From Azolla caroliniana (Eukaryota > Plantae > Polypodiophyta): a DNA stretch of 64,000 nt. Each line of letters starts with the position of its first letter. The first letter of the stretch is position 1. The stretch covers positions 6,262,001 to 6,326,000 of the forward strand of contig JBHGNT010000017.1 of the NCBI GenBank assembly GCA_043228905.1, given 5' to 3'. This document shows positions 49,899 through 62,244 of this stretch, piece after piece. Under the pieces are notes generated by a model, which worked only from the letters and a program-made list of their open reading frames with translations, searched no databases and had not been told where the DNA came from. The position numbers and the translations under genes were made by a program.

Positions 49899-52800
49899 TC
49901 ACTCCTATGGGAGAAGATATGTCAGTCCTGTATTCTGTCGACAAACTTTGAGTCTATCCATAGGTAGGTTCTTCGTCAGCATGTCGGATCCATTGTCATT
50001 AGTGTGGATCTTTTTGAGAGAAAAATCTCCTTCTTCGACTCTCTCTCTCAACCAATGATACCTTCTCTATATGTGCTTGGTCTGAGAGTGGTATGTAGCA
50101 TTCTTGGCTAGATGTATGGCACTTTGGCTATAACAATGAATCACAAACTTCTTTTGCATCATGCCTAGTTCGGTGAGAAAGCTCTTCATCCAGATCAACT
50201 ATTTTCCGGCCTCTACCACTACCATATACTCTGCCTTTGTAGTCGACAAGGCTACAGACTTCTACAATCGTGACTGCCACGACATTGCTCCCCTTGCGTA
50301 GGTCATCACGTATCTTGATGTGGATCGGCTTGAGTCGGCATCCCCTGACATGTATGAATCGGTAAAATCTTCCAGCATAGGTTTTCCGACACCATACCTT
50401 AGGCACACCTCCGAGGTGCCTTTCAGGTACCTGAGTATCCACTTCACTGCTGCCCAATGTTCTCTCCTTGGATTACTCATATATCGGATTACTGCTCCCA
50501 CAACAAATGCTATGTCCGGTCTCGTACAGACCATAGCATACATTAGACTGCTGACTGCTGAGGCATATGGTACCTTCTTCATCTTCGCCTTTTCCTTCTG
50601 CCCTTTCAGACACTGCTTCGCATTCAATCTACAGTTTGTCGGCAACATTGAGCTGACCGGCTTTGCATTCGACATGTTGAACCTCTCTAGGATCTTCGTT
50701 ACATACCTCTGCTGTGACAACCATAGCACCTTCCGAGCTCTGTCTTGAGTTATGTGCATTCCTAGGATTTGCTTCACCGGTCCAAGGTCTTTCATGGCAA
50801 AGGATTTGCTGAGAGCTTTCTTCAAGCTTCCAATCTTCCTTGCATCTTGACCGACTATCAACATATCATCAACATATAGCAAGAGAATCAAGAAATCCCC
50901 TTCCTCGTACCTTTTGACAAATACACAGTGATCGGCCTATGTTTTCTGGAACTAATGTTCCATCATGAAGGACTTGAATTTCTTGAACCATTGGCGTGGA
51001 GCTTGTTTCAATCTATACAAACTTTTCCTCAGTTGACACACCAGATTCTCTTTCCCTTTCTCCTCAAAGCCTTCAGGTTGTTGCATGTAGATCTCTTCGT
51101 CTAGCTCCCCGTGCAGAAAAGCAGTTTTGACGTCCAACTGTTCAATCTCCAGGTCCATGCTAGCCGTTATGCTCAGAACAATTTGTATGGATGTCATCTT
51201 CATGAATGGTGCGAATATTTCGTCAAAATCGACGCCCTTCCTCTATTGGAAACCCTTTACCACTATGCGGGCTTTATACCTGGGCTCGTTGTTGACTTCT
51301 CCAATCTTCACCTTGTAGACCCATTTATTCCTGAGTGCTCTCTTACCTTTCGACAACTCTACTAGGTCATAGGTGTAATTCATGTGCAAGGATTCCATCT
51401 CCTCTTGCATCGCATTCAGTCATTTTTCTCTGCTCTTGTCGGCAATGGCTTCTTCATAGCACTCCGGCTCACCGTCATCAGTCAAGAGGATGTATTGACT
51501 GGCATATGTAGTCGATGCCTTCCTTTCTCTGAGTGGGCATCTTCTTCCACTTGTTGTTGGCTCTATTTCGGATGTCTCTGCCAACTCTTCTCTCTGCTCG
51601 GGATTCTGCTCATCAATCGGCATCTCCAAGTTGGACAACTCCAACTCATAGTCCTCAATTGATTTTAGCAGATCTGCCAACTTCGACTCATAGTCTGTCG
51701 ATCTTTCCGAGTTGACATTCTTGGATTCGACTCTGTCGGCCAGCTGTCTCCTTACAACTGCCGGTGACGACACATTTGGCCTTAAGTCGATGGTAGTCGA
51801 GGTTGATTGGGGAGTCGGTTCCAACTTCTGTTGCTTCCAATCCTCAATTGTCTTATCATCAAGAAAGACTACATCTCGACTTCTCACTACTTTCTTGTCG
51901 ACTAGGTCCCATAGCCTATAGCCAAACTCATATTCCAAGTATCCCATGAATATGCATGCTTTCAACTTGCTGTCGAGCTTTGACCTCTGATCCTTTGGTA
52001 CATGCATATACGCCAAGCATCCAAACACCCTCAGGTGTTGGTAGCAGACATCCTTCCCTGTCCACACCCTCAGTGGGACATCACCCTTTAATGGTACTGA
52101 GGGGGACCTGTTGATCAGATAAACGGCTGTGTACATCGCCTCAGCCCAATAGGATTTCGGCAGTTTCGCGTGAGAGAGCATGCTCCTTATCCTCTCCATG
52201 ATCGTTTGATTCATCCTCTCAGCAACCCGTTCAACTCTGGGGTCTTTGGCACTGTGTATTCGATTGGAATACCTTGGCACTTGCAGTATTCCTCGAACTG
52301 GCCTTTGTACTCGCCACCGTTGTCAATTCGGACAACCTTCAGTTTCTTATCCAACTCTCTTTCAGTTCTTGCCTGGAACTCCTTGAAAACCGACAGTACT
52401 TGATCCTTCGACTTTAGTACGAAGGCCCATGCCTTCCTACTATGGTCATCAATAAATGTCACAAAATACTGTCCTCCTCGACGCGATGGAGCATCCACAT
52501 AGCACACATCTGTGTGCACTCGTTCTAGTGAAACTTCTCTTCTCCTTAGTGGTCTTGTGTGGAATGCCGTCCTGTTTTGCTTTCCAGCTAAGCAGTTGAC
52601 ACACTTCTCCAGGTGAACTCCCTTGACTTCTGGTACAAGTTTCTGGTCGGCTAGTAGGTGCATTCCCTTCTGACTCATGTGGCCTAGCCTCTTATGCCAT
52701 ATTTCCCCTGCCTAGTCGGTTGCCATGTTTACTTCCGATTTGCACAGTCAAGCATGCATCGTATACAATGTGCCTTCTTTCTGTGCTCGGGCCCCTATAA

Positions 52801-53986
52801 GATTTCCTCGATAGAACTTCCACTTGCCATTCCGAAAACTACTATTATAGCCTTCATTGTCAAGCTTTCCAGTCGGTATTAGATTCAATCTAATATCGGG
52901 GACGTGTCGAACATCCTTCAACGTCAGTCGACACCTTGTCGACGTCGTCAAGCTGACACTTCCGACTCCGGTTATCTTGCAGTCTCCCCTATCACCCATC
53001 TTTACATAACCATGATCCCTGGCTATGTAAGTCGAGAAATACTCTCTCGATGGAGTAATATGAAAAGATGCACCGGAGTCGATCACCCACGTGCAATCTT
53101 CACTCGCAAGGTTTGCACTCGTCTGTTCACAAATGAACAACAGTTCTTCATTGCTCGTAGCAATGGCTGAAGTGTTCTTTTCATCAGGAATCTTCCTAGG
53201 TTCGACATTGTTTCTGACACTCTTGTCTCTTCTCATGTGTCGGCAGTCCTTCTGGAAGTGTCCAGGTTTTCCGCAATAAAAGCACATAGGCTTACCTCTG
53301 GACTTCGATCTGGCCTGGGATTTGTCCATTCGTTGCAGACTTCTTCTTCGCCGGTCTCTTCCTCTGTCCATATGTTGAGTCAGATTCGACTCCGTTTGGG
53401 ACAAGACTCCTTTGTCTTTCCTCCTTGCCTCCTCATTTAGGATGCTTGTCTTCACCGTCTGTAAAGACAAATTCTCTTCTTGGAAAGAGGTGCTGAGAGT
53501 AACAACCAGGTTTTCCCAACTTTCCGGCAGAGTGCACACTAGCAAGATGGCATGCATTGCATCATCTAGGGGGAACTTGGTCACCGCAAGTTGATTTACA
53601 TACCCCATAAATGTGTTGATGTGTTCGACGATGCTTTCACAGTCTCTTTATTTCAACCGTATGATTTTCCTCATTAGCGAGGTTCTATTGAGCGCGTTCT
53701 TCCTCTCATATAGACCTGACCGCTTCTGCCACATGTCATTGGCATTTGTGTCATTCGCCACATGCTGAAGGACACTTACATCGACACATTGTCGGATAGT
53801 GGCCACCGCCTTCCTATTTAGAAGCTTCTAGCCCGACTCCAATACCCCCCTGGGTATTTTTGCTCTATCGACTGGCTTGTACAAGTCTTTAATTATGAGA
53901 AAGTCCTCCATCTTGATCTTCTAGTCTGCATAGTTCTAAGAGTTCAGAACTATCATGCTTGGGAATCCGCTCACACCTCCTTCCAT
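49899..53986 (-). pseudogene. copia J gag-pol polyprotein, disrupted
   Basis: CFYCGKPGHFQKDC, WVIDSGAS, ERMNQTIMER, LDVKTAFLHG, YVDDML, FTDSYMSG; several stops and frameshifts. Confidence 0.93.
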
Positions 53987-56900
53987 GTTTGCACCTAAAG
54001 CTCTGATACCAGTTTGTAGAGAAATCGTTGAGGAATTTAAATCACAATGAACAAACAATGTTGATAATACGAATCACACCAGGATGCAAGAAAGACAAGT
54101 TCAACAGTGGTGCACAGAGATTTACGTGGAAACCCTAAAACAGCAAAAACCACGGGAAGAGAGCTTCACTAAGTATAGTGGATATACAATACCGAATGTT
54201 ACAACACTCTCTCGAGTGGATCAACCACGCAGGGCTCTTCGCGTCTATTGTTACTCACATAGCTATGGTGCGGCTCACGCTTCTCTCTCTCACACGCCAA
54301 CTTCTTCTGTTCCTACACCCACTATCTTCTATTCATCATCATATTAACTTGAAGTTTGCCCTAGTTACATATATACTTACGCAACTTTCTGGCTATTTAC
54401 ATACCTAGCCTTCATGGGGCACTCATTCAGACTATTTACAAATATAGTCTCCGGAGTTGGTTATATACACGATTCCGGTTTCCCGAGTCCCTCATCAACT
54501 CGGCTCCGGTTTTTCAACTATCGGCCTTTCCGAACAGTCGGATCTTCCTCCCACTAGAGGGACAAATTCCCGACAGCATCTGCTCCTATCCGACCACCAT
54601 TGCTGGTCTTGTGCTCCGACATCTTCCTCTTCCCCATTTCCTTGCACGTGAACCGTCTTCCCAGTTCCTTGCGCGAGGGGAACACGACAGAGTCTCCACT
54701 ACTCACCGGTTCATCTTCCGACTGGTCTGTCTGACCTAGTCACTGGTTCAACCCGCTCAACCAAAACGATTCCGGACTCATATCTAGAGTCTCGAACCCT
54801 TCGTCTTCTAACTAGACCGGTTCAACCTCACTAGCCTCATCCTCCGGTATTGGGTTGGGGTCGGACGTTGGAGCCGGTAAGGCATACCGTGATGCGGTCT
54901 CATCGAATTCAACATCCCGGCTAACTCAGACCTACTTCGTCTGGGGGTTATAACACTTATACCCCTTTTGCTCATGCAAGTAACGGACCAGGATGCATTT
55001 CTCCGACTTTGCATCCAACTTCCTCCGCTTCTCATCCGGCACATGCACATATGCAATGCTACCGAATACCCAAAGGTGTCTCAAATTTTGCTTGCGCCCG
55101 AAATACAGGCCATGCACGAACACCTTGTCACTAATCGGGTTTTGGATGTAGACGGTTGTCCAGACCGCCTCAGCCCAGTAGAAATGGGGCATGCTCTTTT
55201 CCTCTAGCATTGCCCTTGCTACGTCGATAATCAACCGGTTCTTCCTCTCGGCCACATCGTTTTGCTCCGGTGTGTATCTACAATTGAACTCTCGCCGAAT
55301 TCCTTTTTGCTCCAGATAGTTGTTGAATTGGCCGGAAAAATATTCTTTTCCGCCATCCGACCGCAAGCACTTGATCTTCCTCTCCGTTTCCCGTTCAACC
55401 AAGCTTTGGAGGTTCCGGAAACAATCGAAGACTTCACTCTTCCGCTCAATGAGGTAGATCCACGTGTGCCGGATGTAGTCTGTTTCCGATTAGGAACACG
55501 GTGTCGAGGTATCCCTCGCGGATGCGTGGAATGAGGCGGGACCTCGGGGGTCCTGTACCGAAGAGCAAGAGAGAAAAGGAGAGGGGAAGAGACCCACAAG
55601 GTGCGAGCGTAGATTCACAGGGACACGGCCCTTTGACACAGAGACGCGAGTGCGACAGCGACACAGAGAGACACGAATGTATGTCGAAATATATATAAAC
55701 AAGACAAACAACAAGCACGAAGTCGGTTACAACCGAACAAGCCGGCGAACAGATGTCGATGCCTGTTCGTAAACGTACAGAAAGGAAGAAGTAGGTTGGA
55801 GGTGCTGCCGGAAGCACTCGGGCATTCCTCAGAGCAGCGCGAGCCTCCCGAAACCTGCACAGAAAGAAGCTATGGAGTTTGGAAGAGAGAGAAGCCTTCG
55901 GCCCACAATCCGACAGCACTTCGTCCTCCCTTACTTCGCGATCCCTCTCCCCTCCCTGTCTCCCTCCTTTTATAGGCAAGGAAGGAGCCGTTTCCTATTA
56001 ACTTCCTACCTACCGAGGATCTTCTATGTACAACATAAGGCGCACGTGTATGAAGAGCCGGTTCCTACGCTCTGGTGCACCGATTCCGCTTGTGGACGGT
56101 TTTCTTCACAACATCTGCCTCCACCTAACCGCGCATCCACCGGCATGCGCCAAATTGAGTTGGGACGGAGAAAACCGGTCCAGCCTTTATTCCCCGCCCA
56201 TCGGTTCTTCTTCGGTTTCGGATCGTTCGTCGTCCCGGTCCAGGTTATCCGGATCCGGCTCGTCGTCGTGACGCTTCTTGAACGCTTTGATCCGTTTCCC
56301 AGCTACCGGTATCGCCATTCTCGTGCCGTCGAGCTCCGCCAGATGGTACGTCCCGTTGTCGTTGGCGCTTTGTACCATGTAAGGCCCGAACCACCTTCTT
56401 GTGAACTTCCGTGTTGCTCAGTGCTGGTTGTCGGGGCTGCTGTCGTAGACTAGCACCCAGTCGCCTTCCTCGATCTTCTTTGGTCGGAGCCGGTGCGTTC
56501 GGTCGAACCGGGCTTTGTTCCTCATCCTTGCCACCCGAAGCTTTTCCGTAGCTCGCTCTACGTCCTCCGATCTTCACTCGAGCTGCCGTATGCGCGCCGT
56601 CAACAGTTCCTCCCGGCTCATCTCGTCTCTCCAGTCCACGGTTGCCCATGAGGAGATCGTACGTTCCTTCGGCATGACCGGCTTCTGCCCAAACATGAGC
56701 TCTGCCGGCATGAATCCGGTTACCGAACTGTGCGTAGTTCGGTCAGCCCATAATGCGTAAGGCAACAGCTGCGGCCAGCTCCCGACTTAACCTCCGCATG
56801 CCCGAACTAACGCCTTGACGATCGGTCCGTGTCCGCGCTCCACCTTCCCATTCGCCTCCGGATTGTACGCAGTGGTAAGCGAGAGCTTGACTCCTAGCCG

Positions 56901-58252
56901 GTCGAACAGCTCCTCGGCCTCTTCGGCGTCCAACTCCCCGCGATCAGCCACGATCTTCCCGACGCACCCGTACCGGCATATCACGTCCTCAATCAGGAAC
57001 TGACATACAGCCGTGGTCGTTTTGTTCTGAAGGGCTCGGCCTTCCACCTGGTTCGTCAGATCTTCCCGAGCCAGGACTAGATACCGCATCTGTCCTACTC
57101 CCATCGGCATAGTCACCAGGTCTACCATCCATTTGAAGTGGATGGTCGGAGGGTACGTAGGGTGAAGCTCGTCCCGGTGTCGGACTATGGAGTGCATCTG
57201 ACAGCTCTCGCAAGTTGTCACGAACCGATGCACGTCCCGGTACAGTCCCGGCCACCAGTACTTCCCCTTTATCTTCTCGAACGTGGCCCACGTTCCACGG
57301 TGTCCGGCCCAAGGGCTGTCGTGGTAGGCCGTCAACAGCTCCTCCTGTTCTTCCTTCATCGCCACCACTTGGAGCGGGACGCCGTTCCTCTTCTTCGGGT
57401 GCTTCCATAAGTATCCGTCCCGGAGAAAGAATCAGTAAGATTTCTTCCGGATCCGGTTGGCCTCGTCCTTCGTCCACGACGCATCCGGCGTCATTGTCCT
57501 CAAAAATCCACCGATCTGGAGCCACTCGCCGTCGTACTTCCTCTCGTCGAAGTCGTTAAGTGCCGGAGCGCTTGTCCCATCGGTCGTCACGTATGCTGTC
57601 GAGATATTTCGCAAGTGCGTGGAGAAGGGCGGAACCACGGGGGTCTTGGACTAAGGAGAAGGGGAGAAGGAATAGGACTTCGGAATGGAGCTTAGCACAA
57701 GAAGAGAAAGAATGAACAAGAGGAAGATGGAGGCCAAATGCTTAACAAGATATATTAGAACCGAAAACCGATTACAAAAATGGCGGCCGCGAAGGCCGCA
57801 CCAAACGACACAAGAAACCCTAACTAAGGAACCCTAAACGAAACCCTAACCCTAAAACGAAATGGTATACCTCACTCACACTCAAAAATAAGGCAACCCC
57901 CACAATGGTGCTCTTCCTCTCCCTTTATAGCACAAGGAGGGAAGACCGTTACATAAAGGTGCTACAAAATATCCCCTTTCAATCAATGGGGATATTTCCC
58001 TTGATTTTAGGGGAGGTGGGAAGGATGGGTCTTAACTCCCACCTCTACACGAACTACTATGTACCTATCTCTCTCTCTCACGTGGATGTGCGCGCAAAAG
58101 CACATCACCTTTACACTTTACAAATCCTAAGGTGCATTTCTAGCACCACACTTACCACTATCGACAAATAGAATTACAACATGTTGATGTGCAACGTTGC
58201 ACATCGCGGGTTTGCTTGCTTCGCTCGGTTTTCCGCCTATGGACGAAAATCT

Positions 58253-61200
58253 TCACGACATCCGCCCCCACCTAACCGCACATCCACCGGTATGTGCCAA
58301 AAGGGGAACAAAACGCGAGATTTTCGGCCAAGGCGGCCAACCGAGCCCTTGACAACCTCGTGGGCTTGCCCGGCTTCGTCTTCCACCCCGTCCACACGAA
58401 CCACCGCCGCCTTCCGGCCCACCATCTCCGCCGAATGGTCTCGAACCGTCGGCTCCATCCGATCCGCCACACTTGACGACGTTCGCCGAGTCGTTGCCTC
58501 CACCCGATCCGCCACGTCCACCGTGTTTCCTCGAACCACCGTCTTCATCCGGACCGCCGTTTCCGATGCCCGCGCTTTCTTCCCCGATCGGTCCTCCCGA
58601 ACGCCGTTGCCGACCCTTTGTCCGCCTCGCATATCCTCCGGATCCGCCTTTTTCGTGCCGCGCACCTCGTCGTGCCGACTCTTCTCGCTCCGCGCTTGCC
58701 TTCCGTAGGCTTTCCGAATGCGTGCTCGTGCTTCGGTCCTTCGATGACCCCATCACGCATTTTTCGCCTTCCCTTTGCTTGCCATGCTCTCTCGCCGTAG
58801 AGCATACCATCGTTCCCGTGCTCGTTGCTTGGCCCTCATGCGGCCGCATTGCACGTTTCGCATTCCGCTCCTCTTCGCGTACCCTTTCGGAAAGGTACCT
58901 TTCTTCCCCGACCTCCGTTTCGCTCGGAGGAACACCCTCTTGGCCCGCTCGACCGCACACATCCTTCGTGATGTCGTGTTCGTTCTTTTGGGCGCATACA
59001 TCTTCGTTCTCCGTGACCTCCCGTATGCCTCTCTTGGTGCCTTCATCCGTTGTGGCCTTCGTCCCCTCGCCGCCACCGTCCGCCACTCTTGGTCTCACGT
59101 CGGCACTCGCGCCGACCGCCGGAGTCTCTATAGCCGGTGTGGAGGATCCCACTCGGGCCTTATCTTCGTGGCCGCCGGTCTTAGCCTCTCCGTAGGCCAC
59201 CTCTTCCCACCAATCTTCCCTAGCATCGTGCCAGGTCTTGTCGTCGCCGCCTTCCTCCTTGTATTCGCCTCTCGAAGGCGTGATCCAACCGTCATCTTCG
59301 GTCGCTCGATGTGGCTCCTTCGTAGGCATGCTTGTCTCTTGGCCCTCCATCGGCCGTATTGCATGCATCTCATCTCGCTCTTCCGCCGTAGACCCGACCT
59401 CCGTGTTGATCTTCTCCTCCTTTGTCGCCGTAGCCCGTTCCGACACGGGCTCGCCGTCTTGGACCCACCCGTCCACCATCTCGTACCGGATATCCGTTCC
59501 GGTAACCTCGTACGCTCCGGCCTCCGACTCCTCGCCGCCACCCACCGTCTCTCCGGTCTTATGTTGATCCGCAACCGCCGTAGTCTCTAGAGTGGGTATG
59601 GAGGGTCTCGTTTGTTTCCGTTTTTCCCCCGAACCATGGTCTTCGTGCCCGGTTAGCCTCCATCTCGCGCTTACCGGCTCCCACCGTAACCGTAACCGTA
59701 ACCGTAACCGGCCAATCGGTCTTGCCGGCTCCCTTCGGTTTGGGCCCGGTTCGCCGGCCCTTACTCTCTTCTTCTTCCGTGCCGTATTCCGGTCGGGTCG
59801 GTTCCCGACTCTCTCCTCGTTTCCGCTCCGGTCCTCTCCGTCGGACCCACCGTATACGCCCATTCCGGGCCCCGCATACTCGTCTTCGTATGCGCTCTCT
59901 CCGAGCCTCACCTCCTCACGGTCACCGCCCATCTCTCCGGTCTCACGTTGGCATTCGAGCACAACCGCCGAAGTCTCCGGCCCCGGTGTCAAGGGGTCTT
60001 GCCTCCGTCCGCTCCAATCTTCCTTCTCGTTTCCGTTGCCCGCCTTGCCGCCGTCACCTCCCGTCGCACTAAGCCTCATGCCGTCACTCGGGCCGGCCAT
60101 TGGAGCCTCTAGGATTGGTGTGGGTAAGGACCCGGCACCGCCGCTTGTTGTCTCCGTAGCCGCTTTCGTTCGGACGTCGTTGTCCGCGGCTCCCCCATCT
60201 CCGATTCCGTAAGCCTCTAGTATGCTTGCCACCACCTCTTCTTCGCCGTTCTCCGCGTCATCTTGTTTGCCCGCCTTGCCGCCGCCACCGTCCGTCACTC
60301 TAGGCCTCTCGCCGGCTCTCGGGCCGGGTGCCGGAGTCTCTAGGACCGGTGTGTGGACGGTCGCGACACCACCACTCCTCTCGTCCGTAGCCACCTCCAT
60401 TCGGACATCGTCGTCCGTGGCTACCCCGTCTTCGGTTTCGCAAGCATCGAGTATGCTTGCCGCCGCCTCTTCTTCGCCGGTCTCGTCCTCATCTCGGTTG
60501 TCCGCCTTGCCGCCGCCACCGTCCGTAGCTCTAGGTCTCGTGCCGGCACTCGGGCCGACCGCCGAAGCCTCTAGGGCCGGTGTGTGGAAGGTCGCGACAC
60601 CATCGCTCGTTTCGTCTTCCTCCTCCATTTCGCAAGCCTCGAGTATGCTCGCGAAATCCTCGTAGAACGTTTCGGGCAACCGCGTCCCGAAACTTCCGCC
60701 CACTCTCGAAGTGGCGTCCATCGCTCCGTAGATATCGGCCTCGTCCATGGCCGTTCTTTTTCCCCGAGATGAGACGGTCGCTTGCTCCGCACCTTCTCTC
60801 GTGTCGACGCCGTGGTCGCCCGCCTTGCCACCGCCACCGCCTTTCACCATAGGTCTTACGCGGGCACTCGGGCCGGCCGCCGTGATCTCTAGGAATGACG
60901 CGTGTAAGGTCGCGGGACCGCCGCTCGTCGATGTAATGTCCGTAGCCACCTCCGCTCGGACGTCGTTGTCCGTGGCTACCCCGCCTCCGTATATGCAAGC
61001 ATCGGTTATGCTTGCCGCCGCCTCTTCCGCGGTCTCCTTACCGTTGTCTCGGTTGCCCGCCTTGCCGCCGCCACCGCTCTTTTCCCTCGGTCTCACGCGG
61101 GCGCTCGGGCCGGCCGCCGGGGTCTCTTGAACCGGTGCGTGGAAGGTTGCGGTACCGCCGCTTGTCTCCTCCGTACTCGATGATTCGGGCCACCATGTCC

Positions 61201-62206
61201 CGAATCCGCCATGTCCGCTCGAATCGGCGATCGCCGCCTCACCGTCCCCGACCTCGTCCTCGGTCGTTCTTTTCCCCCATGTCGAGAGGGCGGTTCGCTC
61301 CGCACCCTCTCCCGTAGTACCGATGTACCATTCTCTTTCGGCCTCCGCATAGGCCCCGTCCTTCATGTGTGAGGAAGCTCCTTCCTCCGCGTCCTCCGAT
61401 CCACTCGGGCCCGACCCCGCAATAAGCCACTCTTCGGCTTCGATTTTCGCCATTACGAGCCCGCACGCCTCCCGTATTAGCGCTTGTAGGTCGAGCCCCT
61501 CCAAACCGGTTCGCGATGAGCTCTCGTCCGGCGGCATGGCGTAGTCGGTCGTCGCTCTCTCTTCTCCCCCGCTCGCGGGCCGTGTTGTGGCCGACCGCCT
61601 CGCCTCATGTTTCCGGCACACCCGTTCTACTTCGGGCCACTCCTCGGTGAGACCATGCGCCCCATAATCGTCTTGAAGCTCGAACATGATGTCCATCCTC
61701 TCCTCATGATGGACCGTCTTCAAAAATAGGAGGACTTTGTCCGCCCCCACCGATCTTCGTTCCCACTCCGAGAGTTGAGAGAAACGACGCTCGAACTCTC
61801 GGAATGCCTCTATTGCGCTCCGATGGCGCCTCGCCGACGCCGCCCACCGATCGAACTCTCGCCGACCTCTTACCTCCGATTCCGCGCACCCGTATGCCTC
61901 CATTAGAGCCCCTTCAAAGGACTCCCACGATTCGTGAGCTTCTTGGAGCTCCTTGACCTCCTCGTACTTTGATGCGGCCGCCGCTCGACGAAAGAACTCT
62001 AGCCTCGTCGCTTCGTCCATGCCCATCCCCGTCATTTCCGCATCGTAGGCTCTCAAAAATTTTGGGACCTCCTTCCCATCGAACCGGCCGACTAGACGGA
62101 CCACCCTTTCGACCGCTTGTTGAGCCGCCTCTCGCCTCGCCCTCTTCCGTCCGGCGTCCATCAAGATCTTTGTCATCATCTCCTCGAAGTCGAAGCCTTC
62201 CTCCAT
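58253..62206 (-). CDS. 1317-aa Gag-derived protein with a long acidic, repetitive, likely disordered extension
   Basis: Residues ~28-205 align by eye to Gag of element H (AVERVVRLVGRFDGKEVPKFLRAYDAEM vs AVERLVQRIGKFNRKDVSRYLQDYKAEM; DKVLLFLKTV vs DKVIMFLRAV; GLTEEW vs GLTETW); the rest is E/G/A/T/R-rich with ~6 repeats; uninterrupted frame starting just after the PBS. Confidence 0.88.
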   Translation of the reverse strand: MEEGFDFEEMMTKILMDAGRKRARREAAQQAVERVVRLVGRFDGKEVPKFLRAYDAEMTGMGMDEATRLEFFRRAAAASKYEEVKELQEAHESWESFEGALMEAYGCAESEVRGRREFDRWAASARRHRSAIEAFREFERRFSQLSEWERRSVGADKVLLFLKTVHHEERMDIMFELQDDYGAHGLTEEWPEVERVCRKHEARRSATTRPASGGEERATTDYAMPPDESSSRTGLEGLDLQALIREACGLVMAKIEAEEWLIAGSGPSGSEDAEEGASSHMKDGAYAEAEREWYIGTTGEGAERTALSTWGKRTTEDEVGDGEAAIADSSGHGGFGTWWPESSSTEETSGGTATFHAPVQETPAAGPSARVRPREKSGGGGKAGNRDNGKETAEEAAASITDACIYGGGVATDNDVRAEVATDITSTSGGPATLHASFLEITAAGPSARVRPMVKGGGGGKAGDHGVDTREGAEQATVSSRGKRTAMDEADIYGAMDATSRVGGSFGTRLPETFYEDFASILEACEMEEEDETSDGVATFHTPALEASAVGPSAGTRPRATDGGGGKADNRDEDETGEEEAAASILDACETEDGVATDDDVRMEVATDERSGGVATVHTPVLETPAPGPRAGERPRVTDGGGGKAGKQDDAENGEEEVVASILEAYGIGDGGAADNDVRTKAATETTSGGAGSLPTPILEAPMAGPSDGMRLSATGGDGGKAGNGNEKEDWSGRRQDPLTPGPETSAVVLECQRETGEMGGDREEVRLGESAYEDEYAGPGMGVYGGSDGEDRSGNEERVGNRPDRNTARKKKRVRAGEPGPNRREPARPIGRLRLRLRLRWEPVSARWRLTGHEDHGSGEKRKQTRPSIPTLETTAVADQHKTGETVGGGEESEAGAYEVTGTDIRYEMVDGWVQDGEPVSERATATKEEKINTEVGSTAEERDEMHAIRPMEGQETSMPTKEPHRATEDDGWITPSRGEYKEEGGDDKTWHDAREDWWEEVAYGEAKTGGHEDKARVGSSTPAIETPAVGASADVRPRVADGGGEGTKATTDEGTKRGIREVTENEDVCAQKNEHDITKDVCGRAGQEGVPPSETEVGEERYLSERVREEERNAKRAMRPHEGQATSTGTMVCSTAREHGKQREGEKCVMGSSKDRSTSTHSESLRKASAEREESARRGARHEKGGSGGYARRTKGRQRRSGGPIGEESAGIGNGGPDEDGGSRKHGGRGGSGGGNDSANVVKCGGSDGADGSRPFGGDGGPEGGGGSCGRGGRRSRASPRGCQGLGWPPWPKISRFVPLLAHTGGCAVRWGRMS

Positions 62207-62226
62207 CTCTTTCTCCCTTGCCGCCC

Positions 62227-62244
62227 TTCACGTCGGGTTCACCA
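62227..62244 (-). promoter_or_regulatory. Primer-binding site, tRNA-Trp(CCA)
   Basis: TTCACGTCGGGTTCACCA, identical to 47469-47486; 4-nt spacer to the LTR. Confidence 0.85.

Larger units (their letters stand above)
48625..54575 (-). mobile_element. Ty1/copia element J, full-length
   Basis: LTRs 54015-54575 and 48625-49887 (latter split by solo LTR K); TSD GGATC/GCATC; PBS TGGTATCAGAGC; PPT. Confidence 0.95.
48139..55480 (-). mobile_element. Ty1/copia element I internal fragment (INT and RT N-terminus; family of D), split by element J
   Basis: ORF 48131..48379 (RT start) and 54932..55402 (integrase core) are contiguous once J is removed. Confidence 0.88.
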
